From the NCBI GenBank assembly GCA_902802985.1, contig CADCOE010000045.1:7051-71050 (forward strand): DNA of 64,000 bases, given 5' to 3'. Below are positions 9,171-17,949 of the stretch, piece by piece. The position numbers and the translations under genes were made by a program. How positions within the stretch are numbered: position 1 is the stretch's first letter; each line of letters starts with the position of its first letter. This DNA is from an uncultured Ruminococcus sp. (GTDB lineage Bacteria > Bacillota > Clostridia > Oscillospirales > Acutalibacteraceae). The notes beneath the pieces are model-generated. The model was not told the origin of the DNA, searched no databases, and worked only from the letters and a program-made list of their open reading frames with translations.

Positions 9171-9797
9171 ATGAATAATTATTCTGCCAATAATGAAACT
9201 ATCTCCTTGCATTTGATGGAACTGCTCCGTTACGTTAATGCCGAAAAGCGTGTCTATCGCAAAAACGACGTCATTACCGACAGTGGCGAAAATCAGTCTT
9301 ATATTGGTCTGCTCAGCAAAGGGCTTGCTTATCTGGTCAGCATTAATTCCGTTGGAGAAAAAAATATTCTCGATTACTATCAGAGCGGTGAAGTGATAGG
9401 ATCACCATTTTTTCCGCATAAATATGTAAATTTATACTATATTACCGCACGAACCGACTGCAATATATATATATGCTCCTACCAAGAATTAATGAACCTA
9501 TGTAAAAATGAACCGCAAAAATATGCCGATCCGATCAATCGTCTGATTTTGTCAATGATTGTCCGTGAACAGACGCATACGGATATTCTATCACAGCGAA
9601 CGATCAGAAACAAGCTTTTGACCTATTTTCGTTATATTGCCGAAAATAATGGCAGCACTGAAATCTCTCTGCCAATGACACTTGCTGATGTTGCTGATTA
9701 TATTTCGGTTGACCGCAGTGCGATGATGCGTGAAATCAAAAAAATGAATGCAGACAACATCATATGCTCCAAAGGGCAAAAAATCACATTACTTTAA
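9171..9797 (+). CDS. Crp/Fnr-family transcriptional regulator (cNMP-binding-like domain plus C-terminal HTH), 208 aa
   Basis: It has a beta-barrel domain followed by SQRTIRNKLLTYF ... LADVADYISVDRSAMMREIKKM, an HTH_Crp-like segment. No FNR-type N-terminal Cys cluster is present. The start was set at ATG 9171 (RBS agagggtaag). Confidence 0.8.
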   Translation: MNNYSANNETISLHLMELLRYVNAEKRVYRKNDVITDSGENQSYIGLLSKGLAYLVSINSVGEKNILDYYQSGEVIGSPFFPHKYVNLYYITARTDCNIYICSYQELMNLCKNEPQKYADPINRLILSMIVREQTHTDILSQRTIRNKLLTYFRYIAENNGSTEISLPMTLADVADYISVDRSAMMREIKKMNADNIICSKGQKITLL

Positions 9798-9817
9798 AAA
9801 AATGTCAAAAACCAAAA

Positions 9818-9855
9818 AATTTCGTACCGCCAAAACTGACGATACGAAATTTGTA
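9818..9855. terminator. hairpin between the convergent crp-like and SASP genes (possible bidirectional terminator)
   Basis: An AATTTCGTA / TACGAAATT stem with a 16-nt loop, flanked by A and T runs. Confidence 0.35.
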
Positions 9856-9927
9856 AAATTTAACCGATGGTGTTTGCGATGAAATTTTGGTGATAATATA
9901 GTTATCCCTTAAAAATACTGCTAACGA

Positions 9928-10122
9928 TTACATACTTCTTTCATAAGCTTCAATCATTTTTTTGACCATCTGTCCTCCGACAGAACCTGCCTGACGTGAG
10001 GTAAGATCTCCGTTATAACCCTGTTTAAGGTTAACACCTACTTCATTGGCACATTCCATCTTGAACTGTTCCATTGCCTGTCTTGCCTCAGGTACGTTGA
10101 GTGAATTGGAATTATTTGACAT
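9928..10122 (-). CDS. alpha/beta-type small acid-soluble spore protein
   Basis: 64 aa with EQFKMECANEVGV ... GDLTSRQAGSVGGQMVKKMIE, the canonical SASP signature. RBS aaaggaga. Confidence 0.95.
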   Translation of the reverse strand: MSNNSNSLNVPEARQAMEQFKMECANEVGVNLKQGYNGDLTSRQAGSVGGQMVKKMIEAYERSM

Positions 10123-10420
10123 AATGTTTTTTCTCCTTTATTCTATTCCTATTTTTTCGACAGCTCCTTTACGGACAGCCGACCATCAAAGTTCCGACTG
10201 TCCGCAGTCGTACCTTTGTACAAGTCGTTTTGTCGTTTTGTGGGGCTGTGTTAATATTATTATCGTTTTTCTTCTGGATATTACGATTTTTTGCTGGTAA
10301 TATATGTTGATGATCCATTCCAGACGTTGCTTTCGTTGCAAAATATCGCTTGATTTTTTAGGGGAAATATGATAGCATAGTGATATTAAATAAAATCTCT
10401 GTTAAAGGATTGAATAATTT

Positions 10421-10789
10421 ATGAAATCAGAAAAAACCACCGAAGATTACCTCGAGGCGATGCTGATCATTAAAGAAAAAAACGGAACGGTTAGATCTAT
10501 TGATGTGGCACAGCATTTGGGTGTGACCAAACCCAGTGTAACATATACAACCAAACGCCTGAAAGAACGTGGCTACATCATTATGGACAGTGATAATTTG
10601 ATAACACTGACAGAAGCAGGTATGAAAATCGCCAACGACATTTACACACGGCACAAAATTCTGACAAAATTTTTTATCAACTTGGGTGTAGATGAACGTA
10701 TCGCAAAAGAAGACGCCTGCAAGATAGAACACGATATTAGCCCGGAAACGTTTGAAGCTTTATGCCGGCACATTCAAGAAAACCTGTAA
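10421..10789 (+). CDS. DtxR/MntR-family metal-dependent transcriptional regulator
   Basis: 122 aa with TEDYLEAMLII, a winged HTH (VAQHLGVTKPSVTYTTKRLKERGYI) and the dimerisation helix TRHKILTKFF. Confidence 0.85.
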   Translation: MKSEKTTEDYLEAMLIIKEKNGTVRSIDVAQHLGVTKPSVTYTTKRLKERGYIIMDSDNLITLTEAGMKIANDIYTRHKILTKFFINLGVDERIAKEDACKIEHDISPETFEALCRHIQENL

Positions 10790-10821
10790 AAAGCACAGTT
10801 GTGATGGCTGTGTTTTTTACG

Positions 10822-10869
10822 AAAAAAATATCCTGCCAACGCTGCGAAACGTGGGCAGGATATTTTTTT
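10822..10869. terminator. bidirectional intrinsic terminator (DtxR-family gene / GH13 gene)
   Basis: An ATATCCTGCC / GGCAGGATAT stem flanked by A7 and T7 runs. Confidence 0.75.
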
Positions 10870-10884
10870 GACAGTGATCACCAA

Positions 10885-12438
10885 TTATTTGGATAACTGC
10901 AAGAGTCCGAGAGATTGAGCACACATTGTTAACGTTTTGTTTTCGACACATACTTTGCCGATCGTAAACATCGGGTTGCACTCAAAATCAAACGGTACAG
11001 ATTGTTCTTTGTCAGTAGGATTAACTACGATCAAAAATTCACCCCGTTTGAAGATAAAGGGATATTCCCCCTTCTTTGCGTACACTACTTCAAAATCACC
11101 GTCAGACTGTAAATCTTTATGGTTATGCCTGATCGCAATTACCTTTTTGAGTGTGTTTAGAATAGAATCGGGATCTTCTGTCTGATTTTGTACAGTAGGT
11201 GCGTCCTCTGAGGTATCTACCGGCAGATAAAGCTTATCACTGTCAGCATTGGAAAAACCATGATTTTTACTGTCATCCCATTGCATTGGAGTACGGGTTC
11301 CCGTACGGCTGTAACCGCCTTCTTTGCTGTTCAGTCCGTTCATAAACCGCATTCCTATTTCATCTCCGTAGTAAAGGAACGGTACACCCGGCATTAAAAA
11401 TACAAACGAGTACGCTATTTTGGCCTCCAATGGAGTAAACATTTTGGTCATTCTGGGGGTATCGTGATTGCAGGTAATAAAACTGATATATCCTTTTCCC
11501 TTCGTTCCTTTTAAATCGTCAAGGTACTCGTCAAGAAATTTGGTAATATCGCCTTTTCCGTTTTTACCGAAAACAGCCCTGCATTCTCCCGTTTTCTTGT
11601 CTTTCTCACGGAAAAGGTGTCTGTATCCGTTGTTATCGTGGTCAAGATAAAAATCACTGTGAAAACCTGCTCCTATGGCAACTTTAGGATTACACCATTC
11701 CGAGATCAGTGCTGCTTCCGGATAATCCTTATCCAGCATTGCACGAACATTACGCCATATTTTACATGTTTCCGGTTTTTCTCCGTCCTCATTTTTTACC
11801 AGTGAGTCCGCCATATCCACGCGAAATCCATCACAACCCATATCCAGCCAGAAACGCATTATATCTTTGAGTGCTTCTACTGTTGCTTTGCAGTCGGGAT
11901 GAGACGTTGGCAGCTGCCAATCAGGATGTGTAATTTCATTAAATCCATAGTTCAGAGCAGGCTGTGAACTGAAAAAATTCACCAGATAATTTCCGTCACG
12001 GTCTGTAATACCACACAAAAACTTATACTGCGGCGGTGCTTCCCATACACTGTCCGTCCATATATAACGGTTGCTGTATTGATTTGTTTCCGCTCTTTTG
12101 CTCTCCAAAAACCATTGATGCGTATCAGATGTATGACCGGGTACCAAATCAAGAAGAATTCTTATTCCCTTTTGATGAGCTATCTCAAAAAGTCTTTTGG
12201 CATCTTCGTTGGTTCCATAACGTTCGGCAACCTTATAATAGTCACGTACATCATAACCGGCATCCATAAAAGGTGAATCGTAGATTGGATTAAGCCAGAT
12301 CGCATTACAGCCAAGACTCCTGACATAATCCAGTTTGGACTCGATACCCTTCAGATCACCAATTCCGTCACCATTGCTGTCGCAAAATGTCTGAGGATAA
12401 ATTTCATAAAAAACGGCATCTTTTAACCAATTTGGCAT
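10885..12438 (-). CDS. GH13 alpha-glucosidase / oligo-1,6-glucosidase-like glycoside hydrolase
   Basis: 517 aa with DGIGDLKG and GH13 regions DLVPGHTS, GFRVDMADS, ISEW and TCNHDTPR. Confidence 0.9.
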   Translation of the reverse strand: MPNWLKDAVFYEIYPQTFCDSNGDGIGDLKGIESKLDYVRSLGCNAIWLNPIYDSPFMDAGYDVRDYYKVAERYGTNEDAKRLFEIAHQKGIRILLDLVPGHTSDTHQWFLESKRAETNQYSNRYIWTDSVWEAPPQYKFLCGITDRDGNYLVNFFSSQPALNYGFNEITHPDWQLPTSHPDCKATVEALKDIMRFWLDMGCDGFRVDMADSLVKNEDGEKPETCKIWRNVRAMLDKDYPEAALISEWCNPKVAIGAGFHSDFYLDHDNNGYRHLFREKDKKTGECRAVFGKNGKGDITKFLDEYLDDLKGTKGKGYISFITCNHDTPRMTKMFTPLEAKIAYSFVFLMPGVPFLYYGDEIGMRFMNGLNSKEGGYSRTGTRTPMQWDDSKNHGFSNADSDKLYLPVDTSEDAPTVQNQTEDPDSILNTLKKVIAIRHNHKDLQSDGDFEVVYAKKGEYPFIFKRGEFLIVVNPTDKEQSVPFDFECNPMFTIGKVCVENKTLTMCAQSLGLLQLSK

Positions 12439-12587
12439 AATAAACCTCCTAAATTTACCATATTTTTATTTATTATATCATAACCAATGACTTTATTCAA
12501 CCATCAAGTTATTTTGATTGATGTGAATTTTATTGATGTATAAATCACTTTGCAATACTATATGATGATGATGAGGTGACAGATAAA

Positions 12588-13928
12588 ATGGAAACAATCG
12601 AAAAAATGAACGCCGCTGTCAATAATATTGTATGGGGACCGTATATGCTGTGTCTGCTGTTAGGAGTAGGAATTTTTTTTACCATAAAACTTCGTTTTTT
12701 CCAAGCACTGCATTTTAAGTTATGGTGGAAAGAAACCGTCGGAACACTGTTAAAACCCTGTACCCGTAAGAATACCACAGAAAAAATTTCTTCTTTTCAG
12801 GCAATGTCAACGGCATTGGCAGGTTCCATCGGCACAGGCAACATTGTCGGCGTTGCCAACGCTGTTGCAATGGGCGGCGCAGGAGCGGTCTTATGGATGT
12901 GGATTGCTTCATTTTTTGGAATGGCAACCATTTTGGCAGAAAATGTTCTCGGTATAAAGTACAGGGTCAAAAGAAATGGTAAATATGTGGGCGGCCCTAT
13001 GTACTACATAGAAAAAGGGCTTCACTGCCGATGGCTTGCCGCTGTTTTTGCCGTTTTTTGTACGCTGGCAGCACTCGGAATGGGAAATATGACACAAGCC
13101 AATTCTGCCGCCGGAGCAATACACCACTGTTTTGGGATACCATCGTGGCTATGCGGAATAATCCTTGCAATTTTGGTTTTTCTGATCATTTTCGGCGGCA
13201 TTGACAGAATTTCAAAGCTTACCGAAAAACTCATTCCCTTTATTTCAATCGTCTTTACCCTTTGTGTTCTTGTAGTGATCATCATTCATTTTCGTGATAT
13301 TCCCCGTAGTATTTTATTGATTTTTTCACAAGCATTTGACGTCCGATCTGTTTCGGGCGGATTAATGGGATATGGGATGGCAGTGGCAATAAAATACGGT
13401 ATTTCCAGAGGCGTTTTTTCTAACGAGGCAGGTCTGGGCAGTTCTCCTATCGTTCATTCCGCCGCCGATACGGACAACCCCTACCAACAAGGCTTTTGGG
13501 GCGTTTTTCAGGTATTTATCGACACCACTGTGTTATGCACATTGATGGCTCTCTGTATTCTTGCAACAGGAAGCCAAAACAGTGGTCTTGACGGCATTGA
13601 ACTGAGTTTATATACATTTGAAAGTGTTTTTGGTGCTGTCGGAAAAATCATTGTTGGTATTTCCATTTTTATTTTTGCGTTTGCCACACTCGTATCGTGG
13701 TCGTATTACGGAGAAAAAAGCTTGGAATATCTTAGCGGCAGCAAATGGATCAGACTATATAGGGTCATTTATTCGATGTTCGTTTTTGCAGGATGTGTAA
13801 TGAACATTTCGATGGTATGGGAAATTTCCGATACACTCAACGGACTGATGGCTATTCCTAATCTAATCGCTTTGATGTTACTATCCAAAGAAATTCATTA
13901 TGCCGAAATCAAAAAACTCATTCGATGA
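12588..13928 (+). CDS. alanine/glycine:cation symporter (AGCS family)
   Basis: A multi-TM protein with QAMSTALAGSIGTGNIVGVA and SNEAGLGSSPI. The start was set at ATG 12588, 9 nt after GAGGTGA. The track start at 12576 is a GTG. Confidence 0.9.
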   Translation: METIEKMNAAVNNIVWGPYMLCLLLGVGIFFTIKLRFFQALHFKLWWKETVGTLLKPCTRKNTTEKISSFQAMSTALAGSIGTGNIVGVANAVAMGGAGAVLWMWIASFFGMATILAENVLGIKYRVKRNGKYVGGPMYYIEKGLHCRWLAAVFAVFCTLAALGMGNMTQANSAAGAIHHCFGIPSWLCGIILAILVFLIIFGGIDRISKLTEKLIPFISIVFTLCVLVVIIIHFRDIPRSILLIFSQAFDVRSVSGGLMGYGMAVAIKYGISRGVFSNEAGLGSSPIVHSAADTDNPYQQGFWGVFQVFIDTTVLCTLMALCILATGSQNSGLDGIELSLYTFESVFGAVGKIIVGISIFIFAFATLVSWSYYGEKSLEYLSGSKWIRLYRVIYSMFVFAGCVMNISMVWEISDTLNGLMAIPNLIALMLLSKEIHYAEIKKLIR

Positions 13929-13970
13929 GTTAAAGCATTTCGTCATCGCTTGATCATTGAAAACTAATTC

Positions 13971-13999
13971 TTGTAAATCAATAAAAAATAGTTTATAAT
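13971..13999 (+). promoter_or_regulatory. candidate sigma-A promoter of holB-ricT (TTGTAA-17 nt-TATAAT)
   Basis: The sequence reads ttgtaa atcaataaaaaatagtt tataat, 35 nt upstream of the holB ATG. Confidence 0.5.
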
Positions 14000-14033
14000 A
14001 ATAGCAGTATCAATAACAGAAAAGAGAACGAAT

Positions 14034-14993
14034 ATGCTTTTATCGGATTTTGTTGGAAACATTAAAGTAAAAAATGAACTGAATAAGGGAATGAAACACC
14101 AAAACCTTCCCCACGCAATTATTCTGGAAGGCGATGTTGGTACAGGTAAAAAAACACTTGCCAATATCATTGCAGAATATGCTGTTTGTTCATCAAAGGA
14201 AACGAAACCCTGCGGTCAATGCTCCGGCTGCCTTAAGGCACAAAAACATATCCATCCCGATATTTTTATGGCAGATGGTAATCATTCGGGGGAACTTTCC
14301 ATAGACTCTATCCGATATATCCGCTCGTCGGCTTATATAAAAGCAAATGAAGCACCCAATAAGGTGTTCATCCTTTTGAATTGTGAAAAAATGTTAGTGC
14401 CCGCACAAAATGCTTTCTTGAAAATATTGGAAGAACCTCCTGAAAATGTAATGTTTCTCTTAACTGTTTCTTCGGCAGCGGCTTTGCTTCAAACCATTCG
14501 CTCCAGAACACGAATATTATCTCTGTTCCCCGTTTCTTTTGATGAAGCCGTTAAAGAACTGCAAAAACGATTTCCCGATAAACTATCACAGGAAATCCAC
14601 CAGGCAGCTTATGTGGGCGGCGGAAATATCGGTTCCGCTATTCAACAGTTGGAAAACGGCGGTAAGGAAGCAATGAAACTGGCTCAGGAAATTTATGCCG
14701 CTATTCCCCTCTCAAAGGAATATCAACTGCTTATATTGACTAATCAGCTGTCTCAAAGCAGAGCTTTTGCTGTCAGTGTCACTGATTGCCTCGTTGAAAT
14801 TGCTTCCGAGGCAGTAAAAGCTTCGGTCGGGGCAGAAACCAATTTGGAGCAGGCAAAAGATGCTGCTAAAAGAATTCCCAGGAGCCGTCTCTTTAAAATA
14901 CAGGCAAAGGCACAAGAGGCAAGAAATGTCTTGAATTCAAATGTCAATATGAATTTTTTTTGTACGTGGCTTTGTGCTGCGTTGAAATCGTAA
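14034..14993 (+). CDS. holB: DNA polymerase III subunit delta'
   Basis: 319 aa with HAIILEGDVGTGKKTLA and the Zn module CGQCSGCLK. The conserved holB-yaaT gene order is present. Confidence 0.9.
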   Translation: MLLSDFVGNIKVKNELNKGMKHQNLPHAIILEGDVGTGKKTLANIIAEYAVCSSKETKPCGQCSGCLKAQKHIHPDIFMADGNHSGELSIDSIRYIRSSAYIKANEAPNKVFILLNCEKMLVPAQNAFLKILEEPPENVMFLLTVSSAAALLQTIRSRTRILSLFPVSFDEAVKELQKRFPDKLSQEIHQAAYVGGGNIGSAIQQLENGGKEAMKLAQEIYAAIPLSKEYQLLILTNQLSQSRAFAVSVTDCLVEIASEAVKASVGAETNLEQAKDAAKRIPRSRLFKIQAKAQEARNVLNSNVNMNFFCTWLCAALKS

Positions 14994-15011
14994 AAATGGA
15001 GGATCGATCGA

Positions 15012-15878
15012 ATGGCATATATTATAGGTGTGAGATTTAAAGATGTAGGAAAAATATACTACTTTGATCCCGATGGTCATAACCTGAAAAAAGGGGATCA
15101 CATTATCGTGGAAACCAGCAGAGGAGTTGAATGCGGAGAAGTCGCTATGTCAAACCGCAATATCGCTGATGAGGACATCAGCTATCCTTTAAAAAAATTG
15201 ATTCGGGAGGCAACCGATGAGGATCTTCAAAAGGTTGCCGATAACAAAGAAAAAGAAAAAAAGGCTTTTGATATTTGCGTAGAAAAAATCAAGCTTCATA
15301 AATTGAAAATGAAGCTTGTAGATGTAGAGTATACTTTTGACAACAGTAAGATCCTTTTCTATTTCACAGCGGATGGCAGAGTAGATTTTCGTGAATTGGT
15401 CAAAGATTTAGCTTATGTTTTTAGAACAAGAATAGAACTAAGGCAGATCGGCGTGAGAGATGAAGCAAAAATGCTGGGCGGTCTGGGTATCTGCGGCAGA
15501 CCGTTTTGTTGTAATTCATTTTTGGGAGAATTTCAGCCTGTTTCTATTAAAATGGCAAAAGAACAGGGAATGTCACTTAATCCCGTTAAAATTTCGGGTA
15601 CTTGCGGACGATTGATGTGCTGCCTGAAATATGAACAGGAAGCATACAGCGACCTGCTGAAAACCACTCCTAAAACCGGTGCTATCGTTCAGACTCCCGA
15701 TGGTAAGGGAACGGTTACCGATATGAACCTGATTACGGGCAGATTAACTGTTTCACTGCATAAATCTCCCGATGCTGCTGCCAGAAATTATAAGGTTTCG
15801 GATGTCACCGTTATCAAGGATGTTCAAATCAAAGTGGATAAATCAGAGATGGAAAAACTCAAAAAATTAGAAAAGTAA
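15012..15878 (+). CDS. ricT: PSP1-domain protein, stage 0 sporulation protein YaaT/RicT
   Basis: 288 aa with GICGRPFCCNSFL and GTCGRLMCCLKYE Cys motifs. Confidence 0.9.
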   Translation: MAYIIGVRFKDVGKIYYFDPDGHNLKKGDHIIVETSRGVECGEVAMSNRNIADEDISYPLKKLIREATDEDLQKVADNKEKEKKAFDICVEKIKLHKLKMKLVDVEYTFDNSKILFYFTADGRVDFRELVKDLAYVFRTRIELRQIGVRDEAKMLGGLGICGRPFCCNSFLGEFQPVSIKMAKEQGMSLNPVKISGTCGRLMCCLKYEQEAYSDLLKTTPKTGAIVQTPDGKGTVTDMNLITGRLTVSLHKSPDAAARNYKVSDVTVIKDVQIKVDKSEMEKLKKLEK

Positions 15879-15883
15879 CAATA

Positions 15884-15921
15884 AAAGATCCGTGCAGTTC
15901 AATCTGAACTCACGGATCTTT
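15884..15921. terminator. bidirectional intrinsic terminator (ricT / nuclease gene)
   Basis: An AAAGATCCGTG / CACGGATCTTT stem flanked by A and T runs. Confidence 0.7.
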
Positions 15922-15923
15922 AT

Positions 15924-16646
15924 TTATGTATTGCTGTCAAGCGTGCTTTCACCGGTTTGGTAGTCGATCAATACTCCCGGCTGATTATTATAGGCATATA
16001 CATTGAAACAGATACCGTCACCGTTATCTTCCACCGAATAAGCTTCTATCTCAACGCCTCTGGCTACCAAACAGTCACCGTCAAATACTGGAGTCACTCT
16101 ATATAATACGTGGTTATTTGTTTCTTTGACATAATCGGCAACCATATTTTCAAATGGCAGCATTCCTTGTACATTCAAATATCTAGTTCCTGTAATTAGA
16201 TTTTTCTTGTTGGCGTTTTCTGCTGTAAGCTGATAGCCGATCAAATGACATCTGTTATAAAGATATTTTCCTTCGACGCAGTCATATTTGACGGTATGCC
16301 ATCCGGTAGGTTTAACCTGACCGATACTTCCCCTTTTTTCTGTAGGCATTGTTTCCGTACAAACGCAGGCATAGGCTGTGCCACATCGTCCCAAATGATC
16401 CAGATCTGCATAATTTTCAAAAGCTTTGACGATATATTCATCGGAACGAAAATACGGTTCATTTCCATTGATCTCTACATAAGGACTGCCGCTGAAGACA
16501 GGAACATTATCAATACTGTATGTCCCTTCTGCTGCCGAATTTTGTGCTGAGGTATCGTCGTCATTCAAAAAGTCAAAGGAACAGCCACACAAGATCATAC
16601 AAAGGCATACAAACAACGAAACGATTTTTAATGTCATCCTTTTCAT
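15924..16646 (-). CDS. secreted DNA/RNA non-specific endonuclease (EndA/NucA-like), probable lipoprotein, 240 aa
   Basis: It has the signal and lipobox MKRMTLKIVSLFVCLCMILCGC. The nuclease core motifs are GWHTVKY, YNRCHLIGYQL and NLITGTRYLN. The start was set at ATG 16646 (RBS agaggtg), which overlaps the upstream stop as ATGA. Confidence 0.85.
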   Translation of the reverse strand: MKRMTLKIVSLFVCLCMILCGCSFDFLNDDDTSAQNSAAEGTYSIDNVPVFSGSPYVEINGNEPYFRSDEYIVKAFENYADLDHLGRCGTAYACVCTETMPTEKRGSIGQVKPTGWHTVKYDCVEGKYLYNRCHLIGYQLTAENANKKNLITGTRYLNVQGMLPFENMVADYVKETNNHVLYRVTPVFDGDCLVARGVEIEAYSVEDNGDGICFNVYAYNNQPGVLIDYQTGESTLDSNT

Positions 16647-17047
16647 TTTCTGTACACCTCTCTTGTCAGTTTTTCGTGTGAATTTCCGACAAAATCTATC
16701 TTTGATTGAAGTGTATACTGAGACAGATCCATCGTGAAGCGGACATCGGAGGGATAATCCCTGTTCCATCGGTAGAGGATAATTTCAGACAAATTATCTT
16801 GATACGGTAATAAATCCATATTTTCCACAAAACAAACATCATTGCTTCCCGCTGATGCCAAAGGCAGTTCTTCTACAATGATCCTATCACTGTATTCTGC
16901 AAACAATGGACGTGAAAATTCATTGATATATATTTTTTGATGGGAAAACATTGTAAAAATATCGGCTATCAATGCTTTATCACGGCTTTGACGCCTTTTG
17001 TTGAACAACATTCCGTTTTGATTGTCCAAACATAAAATCACTGTCAT
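16643..17047 (-). CDS. hypothetical cytoplasmic protein, 134 aa (weak DHFR/RibD_C-like N-terminus)
   Basis: MTVILCLDNQNGMLFNKRRQSRD resembles the first strand and loop of DHFR-fold proteins. There is no signal peptide. It is translationally coupled to the nuclease gene. Confidence 0.5.
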   Translation of the reverse strand: MTVILCLDNQNGMLFNKRRQSRDKALIADIFTMFSHQKIYINEFSRPLFAEYSDRIIVEELPLASAGSNDVCFVENMDLLPYQDNLSEIILYRWNRDYPSDVRFTMDLSQYTLQSKIDFVGNSHEKLTREVYRK

Positions 17048-17086
17048 ATGATCTCTCTTTTCCTTCCCGAAATATTCGTCAGCTTA

Positions 17087-17866
17087 TTATGACAAAAATA
17101 TTCTTTCTGTATTTTCTTTAGCGTGCCTAATGATCTCGTCTTCTGACAAGTTCATATATTTGGCAAGCTCACGCACAACATAGATGATATTCTGCGGTAC
17201 ATTGGTGCGGTCCAATCCCGCTACATTTTTCGGGGTCAAATACGGAGCGTCTGTTTCTATCATAAGTCTGTCAAGGGGAATGATCGAAACGGCTTTTCGT
17301 AAATCAGCTGCCCTGCGGTCATCACATATCCACCCTGTGATCCCAATACAAAATCCCATATCCAAATATCGTTCCAATGTTGCCTTATTGCCTGTAAAAC
17401 AATGAACTACCGATTTAGTACAAATCTCAGGATGATTTTTAAAACGTGCGGCAAATTCTTTAGCGGCAGCCCTTTCGTGTAAAAACAACGGTTTATTTAA
17501 TTTTTCTGCCAGCACAATATGTTTTTCCAGACACCGTATTTGATTTTCTCTCGTAGAAAACATCCGGTCAAAATCCAATCCACACTCTCCCACCGCCACT
17601 ATTTTGGGATTATCTTTCAGAATTTGTTCTATTCGTTCAAAGTCTTTTTTCACTGCGAAATCGGCATTATGGGGGTGGATCCCTGCTGTTCCATAGGCAT
17701 CATACTGTCTGACAAATTGATTGATAAGGCGGTTTTCCTTCATACTTGTACCGGTCAGAATACAGGATACTCCTGCGGTATGTGCGTCAGTAATAATCTT
17801 TTCAGGATCCGGATACTGTCTGCAAAACAAATTCACCCCTATATCGTAATACTTTATGTCTGTCAT
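17087..17866 (-). CDS. tatD: TatD-family metal-dependent hydrolase/DNase
   Basis: It has GIHPH, GECGLDF, LFLHER, HCFTG and METDAPYL motifs. The start was set at ATG 17866, 7 nt after AGGAGA. Confidence 0.9.
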   Translation of the reverse strand: MTDIKYYDIGVNLFCRQYPDPEKIITDAHTAGVSCILTGTSMKENRLINQFVRQYDAYGTAGIHPHNADFAVKKDFERIEQILKDNPKIVAVGECGLDFDRMFSTRENQIRCLEKHIVLAEKLNKPLFLHERAAAKEFAARFKNHPEICTKSVVHCFTGNKATLERYLDMGFCIGITGWICDDRRAADLRKAVSIIPLDRLMIETDAPYLTPKNVAGLDRTNVPQNIIYVVRELAKYMNLSEDEIIRHAKENTERIFLS

Positions 17867-17949
17867 ATATTCTCCTCTTTCTTTCATTATTTTGATAAGA
17901 TTTTTTCTAATTATCCTGTAAACAATGGGGAAAAAGGGGGTTGAACCGA

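Noticed and set aside
10123-10420. Sigma-G/sigma-F forespore promoter for the SASP gene, and a 7-bp inverted repeat CGGACAG/CTGTCCG
   Set aside because: I could not align a convincing GnATA-17/18-CATAnTA promoter. The inverted repeat is short and has no obvious function.
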